A stretch of DNA of 64,000 nucleotides from Phoronis australis (lineage: Eukaryota > Animalia > Phoronida). The stretch lies in contig NMRA01000885.1 of NCBI GenBank assembly GCA_002633005.1, positions 33,842-97,841 on the forward strand. Direction: 5' to 3'. Made by a program: the position numbers and the translations under genes. Positions 30,510-42,600 of this stretch are shown here, piece by piece (position 1 is the first letter of the stretch; the number at the start of each line of letters is the position of its first letter). A model generated the notes under the pieces. It was not told the origin of the DNA. It saw nothing but the letters and a program-made list of their open reading frames with translations, and made no database searches.

Positions 30510-31389
30510 GTAAGATACTTCATGAAATTTTAATTCGATTTCAATGCTTGGATGTCTTTTCTCATATATTATTTTGAAGTGCAGAGATGACTACATTAAT
30601 GTGAAAAAACTTAGAAAATCTTACTGCCAAAAGTAGCTATTTTCTGATACTGTAGCAACCATACAATGAAAATAAGACAATGTGTTAATTACGAAGAGAA
30701 TGGAAATTTAAACCTGTCCTATAAAATTTATCTCATCTGTTTCTTTAAATCATGCCATCAAATTACTGTAATCCTATAAATTCTTTAGTTAAGGACATAA
30801 TTTGGCAGTCGATTGTAATTTCATAATGTCAAATAGCTGGGCTACTTCAAAGTTAAGAAACAGTTTCTTTGTTGTTACCATGGTTGGAATGGATGGTACC
30901 AATTGTAATCAAAAATGTTTTACAAGAATGTGAGCACTTGCAGTTTGTGGAATCCAAATCCTTCAAAATCAAAACCCAGCAATTTTGTCAAGCAGTAGGA
31001 AGTCTAAATAACAATGAATCCCCATTATAATGGTCTATAACAACTTCTCGCCTATTTACATTGGCAAGACATTTCAGTCGGCTATTTTTGCGGTCATCCT
31101 CAAATGTCACAACATTCTTAGGAGGACCACGGGTATGTCAGGTACACTGACTTGTGGTGGTCAGTAGTGGTGAGCACATATTTCAGACTTTTCCCCAGGA
31201 GCGAGGACTAACTCAGGTACTTTGCCTTTGCCAGTCTTGCACTCTAACAAAATTAGTGTAAAATTTAGCTGATCGTGTAAATGGTCCATTGATGAAAAAA
31301 TTATGTGGATCACGTTGTCCAACAACATCTGAGGTTATCTACAGCAGCTGCAGTAAATTCACTTTGACATGTTTCGGTGTCATTTATTC

Positions 31390-32040
31390 TGTAACAGGAG
31401 TGCCCTGAACATGATTATGTAAGTAAGATATATGCGCCCTCTAGTGGTCAAGTTGTGTATTACGTATGGAATTTTCCTATGATGTTGAGTCCTTTGGACA
31501 TGGCCAAATATGGTCAGAGCCTAGGAGCTATGGGCCTCGCCCTTCAGATCGTGTCTGATTGGTTGAAATTGTGTACTTAAGCTTTGTCTCTGTCAGACAC
31601 GAGGAGTCCAGTCGCAGAGTTCAAGAAGCAAACATTTACACCTTCACTCACACCAAATTGCAACTGTTTGTGCAGCTTTCGGGCTCCTCCCGAACTTGGT
31701 TGCCAATAGTTTAGCCCCAGCAATTCTCGGGCTCCTCCCGAGCTTGATTGCATCTCACTTTTCGGATCTGAATAACCAAATTGCCCTGTTCTTGCACACA
31801 CAACTATTAATCAGCGACTGGCTTGCCCGTGTATCAGAATGACTGTATAAATCACAACGCTGCGATACTAAATCATTATTGGAACAACTGGATTGCTTGT
31901 AAGTGTGAAATATTGTAGTTAAATATTCTTACAATAAACCTATGTATTATTCACCAACTTTTAGTTTTCAATATCACCCTCAGTCCGCACCGGGCTCGTA
32001 AAATCGGGGCGCATTGGTCGTAGATACCGCCCCCGTTACT
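31390..32040 (+). mobile_element. Solo LTR (651 bp) with 5-bp TSD TATTC
   Basis: TATTC|TGTAAC...GTTACT|TATTC; internal TATAAA (~31846) and AATAAA (~31933). Confidence 0.75.
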
Positions 32041-32420
32041 TATTCAAACACCATCACCAGAAGAGAGAATACAGTGGCCACCTAGCTAGGCCCAGCAACA
32101 AGTGATGAAGCACAGAATGATAGTCAGTTACAGGGAGTGACAATAAACCAGACCAACAATGACAACCTGTTGTGTGCCAGTTGCCTTGAGATTGTGCTTC
32201 CCCCTGCTGGTGTGGACAGCCTCACAATTTTAAGCTCCTTTGTTGTTTCTGCCTGGTCTATTATTGCAAAGTCATTGAAAGAGCACTGCTGATAACAATG
32301 ATTGGAGCTCTGTTGATGAATATTTACTTGTGAACTTCTGTCCGAATTTACGGTATGTTCCCTGGTCCTGTTATTTTTAAATGGCGAACAGTTTCGTCAA
32401 CATAAGTGGAGCCAGTGGCT

Positions 32421-33146
32421 AGTCTGGGAGGACAAGAGTTTAGTTTAAAATCGGACACAGCACTAATTTGGTCAAACCACTGAAGTCACCAACTTCCAAC
32501 TTGAATAATTCAAGTAAGGGATAATAATAAATCATTGCCCGCGTTGGAATCATCCTTGAACTCCATTTGGTTCATTTCATTACCCAATGTAATTGGTAAC
32601 AGTATTCACTGTCTTAAAAAAGCAAAACAGGATTCCATCCTAAATATGGACCTAAGATGGCGCTGCATGTGGCCTTGATCATGATAGCGTTTGTACTCCG
32701 TAGGACTAGCATTTGTGCTTTTTCATTATAATTAATGTAAAATATTGGTAACATGTTTAGTATTTTGCTAACCAATCGTGTGGTCCATCTTGATCTTGTT
32801 TTGCAGTTTGTTACGATGGTAAGTCATTATTCATTTGGGAGTTGATGAATATGATGAAAGTAAAATCACACGATATTTTTATGGACGCTTTCCCTTTTTT
32901 CATGGTACTCTAAAGTGGTTTTCTGAGCTATTTAATATACTCCTGTCCATTTAATGTGTTAATTAATTATATGGGTTAGCAATTAAGACAGCTCAATACC
33001 TAGGTGATATTTTTGATGGTGACAGTCTTAATGTAACCTCTGTAAAGAGTGTCCACCAGACTCGGGTGTCATACCTGCCTCTATCTGCGAGCTAGTGGAG
33101 CACCTTGGCATAAATGTGCATGTATGTTGACATTCAAATACAGTGC
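32421..33146 (+). repeat. Direct repeat, copy of 16181-16905
   Basis: Colinear high-identity match. Confidence 0.9.
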
Positions 33147-34258
33147 GGAGTGCTGGATTAGATTTTCACACGGTCCACAAGCTATAACAAGTTTGGGGTC
33201 TGTCATCATTATCATTACCCCCTTCCTCCCAGTCAACTTTCGATGGGCCCCTGTGACCGGATGAGATGGTCCCCCAATTTTTACTCTCCCAAATTGTCAA
33301 TTGTCCAACTGCTCTCCCTCCATCACCATCGGTTGATGTGCCCCTGTGACAACGAGACAGGTCCCTATTTCACTTGAGGCCCTACTTGTAAGCTGTAGCT
33401 TATAGAGCTGCGCCAAATTGGTAAACTGACAGTGCAGGCAGGACTCTGTGTTTAAGGCGACACTGAGCTCTACTTTGGCATTGTTCACCTCTTACAGATA
33501 GCTAACCTAATTTTACTTTTAGATACATTTTGTTTCAGCTTCGCCTTCTAGTTGCGGCGCTCGGCTAGGATCATCTTCTTCAAACCTGACTAAATATCAT
33601 TGATACGGGAAGTTATTTCTATGGTGAAAGTTGTTAGTGCTTGATTGACTGCTCAGTGCTAACAGGGTTTATATGTTGATCTTAATAAATAACAGAAATT
33701 TGATTGAAACTTCTGTCTTTTTCAACTTTTAGAGCACCTGTGGACGATCGGCAGTCTCGCATGGGCGCAGTGTTGTGGGTTTTTTGTTCTAACGTAAACG
33801 TGATTCGTAGTTCACATTCAAACTAACCACTGGAATGAGTGGCTTTCTCAGTAGAAATACAATATATGTGTACGCCCGTCTGAGTTCAGGCCAGACGTAA
33901 CAGTTTAATAAAATGGATTGGTCTTACCACAGGGTGTCTTCAGGACTACTTTAATTCTGCATGAAAGTGCTCACGTTTTGAGTTTGAGCTCTACAAGAGT
34001 GAAGTTACAAGTTTTGCAACACACCATTAAGCCATTTTCATGTTTTATTGAGGTTTGTGTAGTAGATGAAAAAGAATGCTACACGAAGTTTTGTTTGTTA
34101 AAGGGATGTTATCCGAGTCGTTTTGGAGGTCGATCAAAAAATTATTTTTGGAGTTGTTGTTTTGATGATATTAAGTTTGACCAGATCTGTAAAATTAAAT
34201 TCGTAGTATTTTAGTGATTATATTACGGATCTTTGTTTTTCACCTGTGTCTGTCAGAA

Positions 34259-35568
34259 AAGTGTTGTAATCGGTAATGTTCGGATATACAGACATGGGAT
34301 CCAGTTCAGGTTCGATTCCGCGATGGCACTCATCAGGTTACTTTCTTTGTCGTTGATGTCACTTAAGATATAAAAATTTTACAGGGTTTCAAAACTTCGA
34401 CACAGTTTTGTTATCGGCGGAAAATCGTCTACGATATGGCGGTGATTTTCGTAGAATCTCCCAACAAATGGACCCCTTGTAATCTTGCTTATTCACACAA
34501 AGCCGTCCAACTATTTGAACGTCTGAGTTTGGAATAACATCGAAGGACTAGCGATTAACAAAGTAATTGTATGTATGGGAACCAGCTTACAGCCGAGTTT
34601 CAATCAGTGGTCGATGCATAGGAAAAGGGTCTCACTATTTCATGTCTCCCGATCTGAAACTGATTTAATTCTAAAGGCCCGTACATGTAAAATGCGCAAA
34701 TACTGAGAAGTCCAGGGTGTACACGGTAGGCAATCGGATCATAGCAAATGCGCAATTTTTAATTTGAAAGGCAGTGTTCTTAAAAAGTTGCCAGAAAAAT
34801 GCTTAAATAAACATGTCCCACTTCCCATTTTTGGCGTCTCTTGCTGACTTTCATTTTCTGAAACTCCCCGCTATGGATCGATAATCAGATAATGAAACGT
34901 GGCTCTAGTATTGNACAAGTGTTGTAATCGGTAATGTTCGGATATACAGACATGGGATCCAGTTCAGGTTCGATTCCGCGATGGCACTCATCAGGTTACT
35001 TTCTTTGTCGTTGATGTCACTTAAGATATAAAAATTTTACAGGGTTTCAAAACTTCGACACAGTTTAGTATCGGCGGAAAATCGTCTACGATATGGCGGT
35101 GATTTTCGTAGAATCTCCCATCAAAAGGACCCCTTGTAATCTTGCTTATTCACACAAAGCCGTCCAACTAGTTGAACATTTGAGTTTGGAATACCATCGA
35201 AGGACTAGCGATTAACAAAGTAATTGTATGTATGGGAACCAGCTTACAGCCGAGTTTCAATCAGTGCTCGATGCATAGGAAAAGGGTCTCACTATTTCAT
35301 GTCTCCCGATCTGAAACTGATTTAATTCTAAAGGCCCGTACATGTAAAATGCGCAAATACTGAGAAGTCCAGGGCGTACAGTAGGCAATCGGATCATAGC
35401 AAATGCGCAATTTTTAATTTGAAAGGCAGTGTTCTTAGAAAGTTGCCAGAAAAATGCTTAAATAAACATGTCCCACTTCCCATTTTTTACTTCTCTTGCT
35501 GACTTTCATTTTCTGAAACTCCCCGCTATGGATCGATAATCAGATAATGAAACGTGGCTCTAGTATTG
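34259..35568. repeat. Near-identical ~655-bp tandem duplication around single N (34914); probable haplotype-overlap artefact
   Basis: 34259-34913 vs 34917-35568 differ by few SNPs/indels; N lies at the junction. Confidence 0.8.
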
Positions 35569-36004
35569 TGTGAGGTCCGTGTACATTAATTCAGAGAATT
35601 TTCTGAATAACATAAAAATCCTTAGACTAGACCCATGCGTAAACATGTGAGGAATCCGTTTTTGTACGAAAATTCCCAGTAGACTGAAAAAAAGTCCTTG
35701 TTGGCATATTAGTGGTAATGAGTTCAACATAGGATCTTGTACTGATATAGCAACAAATCAATGTCGCGCCCTCGGCCTCATTCCATCGACATCATGACCT
35801 TTTCATGTGTTAGTTTTTTATGAAAACTCGCGTAAAACACAGTCAAATATTTGTTTTCATTCAAAAACAAACATGAACTTTGAGCTACTTCGAAAATAGA
35901 TGTCTGCGACAAATCTCCTGAAAAAATGGTCAGATAGAATAGCAAATGAAGAGATTTGGTGGAAAACTCAACATGAGAGTATAGCGCTAGAGACTCATTG
36001 CAAA

Positions 36005-36232
36005 TAAATCGGCGAAAATGGAAGTGGGTTGGAATACCCTCAGCATCACAAAGCAGGCTCTGTCCTGAAATCCACAGGGAAGTCGAGTCGAACATGGAGA
36101 CCAGTTCAGACCTGGAAGAGGACAATGGAAGCAGAACTTCTTGAAACTGGATACAACACACAGATGGCGATGGCGCTGAGTCAAAAATACCCTATTCACC
36201 ACGGGTGGTAAGGGTTTTAAGTCAAGTAAGCT
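36005..36232 (+). mobile_element. RTE-clade LINE 3' end fragment
   Basis: KWKWVG...ITKQALS*NPQG...RPVQTWKRTMEAEL with frameshifts; AAGT-type tail. Confidence 0.7.
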
Positions 36233-39200
36233 AACTCACGTTACCTCATCCAAGTTTCCGGTAATCATGCAAATATACACACTGGGCCCTCAATCCCTCA
36301 AATTTGGGGCCCAATATCGGCCCTATTCCCCTCTCAATCATATTGAACACGCGAAATTCCACCCAAGAGGCATAAAAATTCCCCTAGTGAAAAATCTCTG
36401 AGTTCACATCACCTGTAACCACACAGGTGACAATTTTTAAGAGCACAAAAGGCTACTTTAAATTGAGGAAGAGCCTATGAGAGCTTGCAACAGGGCGGCG
36501 GTGCTATTGATGGTGATCGGGAGGTAGATTGTTCCCGCCCTCACTCGGCGAAAAAATCGCCTCTCAGTAGGCACTGGCACCGTTCCCCTCGGATGAAAGA
36601 GGCTTCTGCAGAAACCTGATAACTATGATTGCATTGTCCAGTTAACTGAAATTGAGTTCTAAAACGATGTTATGTTTTGGACGAACGAATTACTAGGTGT
36701 TTTAATTTTAAAATTCAACTTGGTCCAGATTGATATTTGAAATCTAACACATGAAATAGACGTAAGAATTATTACAACCAAGAAAGCATTGATGGTCAAA
36801 TAANGTAACCGATATTGCAGTGTCGGTGCCGTTTTTACTGACATTGGTCATGAACCTATCATGTGATATCAAAATTGTTCAGAAACGATTCTGTTTGAAG
36901 CAGAAACTGGAGTAGAAAATTTGGTCAAAAATGACTTGTTCCACACCAAGAAATTGCCTCATTTTGCCCCCAAGAACACTTCCCTTGTATCTCCTAAACC
37001 ACCAAACTTTGTGGTGTCATACTTCACCCAATTTCTCTCATCCCTAATGTGATTTATCAGGCTAAACATGGATCTGAATGGCTGACCCCCCACCTTGCCG
37101 CTTGTTGGCTGTACAGTGGTCGGTGGATCCGTGGACTGATACTAAATGGTTATGAGCATGCTTCATACGCTGCAGGATTGTTGCAGCGATTCACTGAATT
37201 TGCCCAACATTGTGTCGAACATTAACTAGCTGTCACCTCTTCTGTTCCAGGAAATTATCTCTCATTTGAACAAAAACAAAAATTGCAGAGATTACTTGCC
37301 TTCCACGACTACCCTTGAGCAGGACTGAATTTTTTCTTTGTGGATTTAGCCATGATGGGCATCAGACGGAAAATGCCTGGAGACGTCTTCCACAAAAACG
37401 CGAACCAAGCTTTTTGTGAAGCTGTGCTGGTTGCTGACGGAGGATTTGGTGGCCGTCATTTACCACACACGGTAACCTAGCAACTTTAACACTTTAAAGA
37501 TAATGAATTCACTCAAAAATTTTCTTGTAGGAAGTTCGTGTGTAAAGGATAGGGATTTGTAAGTGGCAATAATCTGTCTTCAATAAAAGCAGTGAATACC
37601 GGTTTGAACCCTTTTTACTTGGTCGAACATGTTCATCAAAGTGTCCCTCCTTGGCAATGTACGTAATGCACTCTAAATTTATCGGACGCTGGGAGCATGA
37701 GTATTATTGTACCGAACACCGTTTAAGACACTACATGAATAGGAAAGAGACGAAAGTCGATTGAATGCAGACAAGAATTTTAACTGTATCTTTTAAATTA
37801 GAATTTTGTTTGTAAATCACCCCACTAAGGTAATTGTCTATCATGACATCAGCGCTCACAGTCCAACCATTTCCTGCGGAGCTACAGTGCTCTCGCAAGT
37901 AGACGAGTATTTTAAGCGAAGTCTTCGGCCTCATTTTAAAAAAAATAGTGAAGCCCAACGGCGAAGTTGTAAAGATAATGCAAAACAATGAAGAATTTTG
38001 TTGTTTTAAAGGTATGGTAGAGTAACTACTTCAAAAAGTCTATCCAATCCACGTAATGAATCTTGATTCTTGAGCAAGAAGAGTACAGAGGTGAAGTGTA
38101 CTGTATGTCTCTGCGCATATCATATTTCTTACAGTTAAGACATATTATGTTATTGTATGCATATGCTTGGCAACGCAATAATGTACTAGGTGTTTCTTGT
38201 ATTTTATTGTGGATTTTTGTAAAACAACTCAAATGAAATGAGGAACTTTTCATAACGGTGCTCTCTAGAGTAATGAGAGCACAAAGGTCATTTCCGTATG
38301 ATACCCGTTAAGATTTGGTGGACATACATTCAGCTACTAATAGAGGTTCATTAATTTAAAAGCAGGGGGGATAAATTCCACTCTCAGTTGCTCCCATTGA
38401 TTAACAAGTTCACTGATTTGTTTGATTGTTTTTTCTCCCGCTGTGATCGAAATTCAACCGCTTTATCAGCCACAGCCACAGGCTTTGTAGCGGATTCTGG
38501 GAAATTCATGGAACATGGTGTCCACGTTCATCCATTCATATTACATAATGTAAGGCATTGGTATATCCCACCGCACAGCAGAGGGAATTTGGAATGGTGT
38601 TTTAACACAGTTTTAAACAACAGTGTTCATACCAGTAGGTTGAAAACTCCCGTTCCTATTACATTGGATGAGTAGGTGGCGCTGAAAACCTGTCCATCAC
38701 AAACCTGATCGTAATCTAGCGGGAAAGTGAATTTCAATACGATGCAGGTATTTCGAAATTCAGCTATTTGTTCTTGTTCCGTTTAGCTTTGTCTTGGCTT
38801 TGGCTAATACTCAAAATACTAGGCGACATGGTAAGACGTGGACAGTTTGCCTCAGCATGGAGTCATATTCATCCCTAATTGAATCCCTGAAAGTTGCGTA
38901 ATAAATTCTTTTTATTCAATCCTTTCAGCATCATATTCCAATTATCTAGAATTAGCTGAAAAAGAAGATCTTGGATAACATGCAACTGAATACTTACTTA
39001 AAATAATCCGATATCTTTAGTTTCCGATTATCAACTTTCCTGAATTACACATTGAAAACATTAAGCATTTGACGATGTACTCTTAAGTTTTCGCCAAGCA
39101 TTAGTCCATAAAATGAGTCTCACAAATATTTGCGGTTTCACTACCAAAATTACAGCAAGTTCATATAGAGCAGGTCAAGGGCGTATCATGAGCTGTGGTT

Positions 39201-39476
39201 GCCAACTAATTGGTTGCACGCTTTCGAAATTCAACAATGTTTCTGTACTCAGTTTGATGTCCTCTGTTTGAGAATCGTTGTTAAAAGAGTATCGTTTGCA
39301 AATACGCTTGGACTAAATCGGCTTATATGTACATGTACCTAACAGTACGCTTTGCTATGAAGTGCAGAGAATTCCCTTTGAGAAGCAAACACACAATTGT
39401 CAATATGTCATTCCAGTTACGTTCAAGCGATGTTGGATAAGAGAGAACTCATTATGTTCATGTTAAAAAAAGACTT

Positions 39477-39664
39477 TTACGAGTAAACTGGGTTGTCTTT
39501 TCCAGTCAAAACGACCTGCTTCTTCGCCTGTGCCCCAAAGTAGGCAGCGACGCCAATGGTTATCGTGAGAAGTTCCGCAAGTACAACGACAACCACGTAG
39601 AAAACGGTGTTGCTGGTATACCCAGCACAAAGAGGTTGCAAATCTGTCTTGTTCTCGTTGTTTT
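39477..39664 (-). CDS. ZP gene terminal exon: TM helix and cytoplasmic tail ending DNPVYS
   Basis: 188 nt, phase 1, tttcag acceptor; VFYVVVVVLAELLTITIGVAAYF hydrophobic helix; TAA stop. Confidence 0.8.
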
Positions 39665-42600
39665 CTGAAATATACATGCAGAGAACGCCTCTGAGTATAC
39701 TCTGCAAGATTGCACGTGTATGATATGGCACTATACATTTATTGTATAGAGGGGGAGTGAAACACTGAATGTGAGAGAGGTTTTCTAAAAATATCTGTCG
39801 TGTAATTAAACTATCTACTACGATTGATCAGCCAAATTCATGACGACCAATCAAGCGGTAGGTCAAAGTCTGACTACATGAGCACTCTTCAGAAACCTGC
39901 TCAGGGTTCAAATGCTGTCCTACCAGAAGCCATAACCGCCGCCAAATCCGCAGTCATGCAAGAACGCCCGTCAGACATCGTAAAAAGCGCCGTAAACATC
40001 GAGACTAACACTAGAACAAGTTAAAAAAAAAAAACAGTGCAGGTGGTCTGATGTCATTTGCGGTGCATCAGACGTGCGCAGGCCTCATGGTTGGGCCCAT
40101 TGCCCAAAACACCTAAGCAAAGGCACGAGACCCCAATTATGGCTCCTCGTGAAGAAAGTTTTCAAGTCTGCCAGTCTCCTTTAGGAAAACGGACAGACGT
40201 TTCCATTTGTTGCCATGCACTATATGTTGTAGGCATGTAACAGTGCCATGCAGTAGATTGCTCCTTAGCCTATAAAAAGCCGGGCAAGGCTCTACCAGGT
40301 GTTTAGGAGATTCTACGTCAGTACCACACTCAGGACACACAGGGCTCCCCATATGCCCATGCAGTAATGTGTCTGTGTCGGGCTAGGTTGCAGTGGCCCG
40401 TCAAAATTTGAATGACGTGTCTTATACCCATACTAAAACAAGTTACTCCTTGAACGAGTGTCGCTAAGCTTGGGGTTATCTGGACGCAATTTGCCCCACT
40501 TGTGACATCTTATTCCACCTTGTACTTGTTCTAGAATAACTTACGTCACATCACATCCCAGCGGTCTCAAACATGGCGCAAGGCGGTTACATGGACTTAT
40601 TTTTCGCGCCGTATTCACATCAGCTGTCCGTTGTTATGCACAAATTCCGCCTTGGTCAATTTATCGGATATATACATGAGGACGCTCCGCTTAAAGTTGC
40701 AGTAGTGCCAGTTGTTCCGACTGCGAGCCGGAACTTTTACTCAACCTTATCGTGCCAGGGTAACTTGCTCTAGAGTATTGCTGTGTGTCCGTAAACGAGG
40801 GGCAAGGCGGACGTAATTATCACTCAGATGCCGTTACATTGAGATGGGACATCTTTTTTGTGCCGTATTTGCATCAGGCGTTCATTATCATGCACGGATC
40901 GACAAATTCCGCCTTGCGCTAGTTAAAGTGAGGCAAGTTGGACTAGAGCAAATTGTTCTAGGGTATCGATGTCAGTGTGAGAAAGGGACTATAATGTCCC
41001 CACTCAAAGGTGACCACTGCTTACTTAAGGTTTTCCAGGCTCGTTTTACGTAAAGGTCAAAATACGGATCTTAGGTTTCCCTCTAAGAATGCAATGCAAC
41101 ACTGGGGGAGTTAATTGTCCTCCTTGGTGGACCTCAAGGCGACTTCTTATTTATTTTCACACGATCCTCCGCCTTTTCCTCGTAAGTCGCAATTATAATC
41201 TTCCGAATACATTTTTCATTAACACATTTGATATAATACGGTAAACACGTGATGTAATTTTCACGCATGCAAATCCCACAGCCCTGACAAGCACACGCTC
41301 AAGTCCCAATGGTTCTGCAGACGCTGGTACATGTACAACTGAGTGCAAAACGCGGATTTACTTCGCATCGCTTTCGTCAGACAATTTCGCACATTTAATT
41401 TGTAAAGCGATCCTGTTCCTCGCAAAATTGCACTACCGGTAGTCCTTCACTGAAAACCTCTGTTGACGTCGCCATGAGGTAGACTGAGAGATTTAAAGAC
41501 TGGTCACGAAAAAGGAAGACAAACGCGTCGGGGAATTGCGAAAGCGCAAGTTACGAGAAATAAGGAAGTCAATTCATACAATCAAAATATTTACTTCTCA
41601 TGACTTTTGCTGTGAGTACTAATCTAACAAATATCCTCATAATGGTTGCTGATTACTAACTCTCCGGTTCTTACTACAAGTAAATAAGCTGATACTGAAA
41701 CGACAGTTCGTTAATGAGACTTTTTTCTTATCTGACTGCAGGGTCCCTTGGGGCTCGGGAATGTCTGCGCTCAAAATTCCTTTGTGTCGCAGGTTATTCC
41801 CCTCTCACAGATGTATATTCCCCATCCGCACCATTTTGACGTTTCTCAGACATAAATTTTCGCATGGGTCTGTTCCAAAAACTGACTAAGCTAAGACAAA
41901 TCTTAACTTTTAGTAAATTTTATCATAAAAACTTAAATTTGTCTAAAGATCGTTTCAAGAAAGAGGTATTAAGTTTGAGTTAGGTTTGTGATAAAAGTTT
42001 TGTCTTGATTTTGTGGCAGTTTCAAAGTTTGGAAGTTAAGACAAATCTTAGACTTAAGTCAAAAATGAACTTGAATCAGTTTCTTTTCTGCTCCTACACT
42101 CCTGTCCGCTAAAGTTACAATTATTCTTTACCCTCGTCCGCCGTTCCCATCTTTTGGGATAGTTAACATTACCTTATATAAATCCCCGACCTCAAATAGA
42201 TTCAAAACGTATTCCCGCCATTTTTCTGTTATTCATTTTTAACAAAATCGTTTCTCTATTACTGCCCTTAAGCTATAAAATGAAATCAGAAACAAATCAA
42301 ATAGTCATGAACAGAAAATATATTTTAGCGATACAGTGCAATACATGTATACATGTAGCATTCCCATTCTCGTGAGGACTGATCTCGTGAACACCAATAC
42401 TGATATAAGTTTTTCAACGAAACTTGATAATCTAGATAACATTCACAGTTTTGTTGTGAAAATAAATTTGCGTGTAATTTTGCGATATTCAAATAATTGA
42501 GAAATAGAACCTGTAACCGTTAGAGGTTAACACTGACAAAGATAGTTCAGCAGCTCAAGCGACGAAATTGNCCCGCCATTTTTCTGTTATTCATTTTTAA

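Noticed and set aside
30302-30577. Independent plus-strand 91-aa gene
   Set aside because: It is the inverted exon fragment read through its splice donor; the ATG arises at the breakpoint.
33240-33500. Possible retroviral-type protease remnant (LNTES resembling LDTGS)
   Set aside because: Catalytic motif absent and similarity too weak to call.
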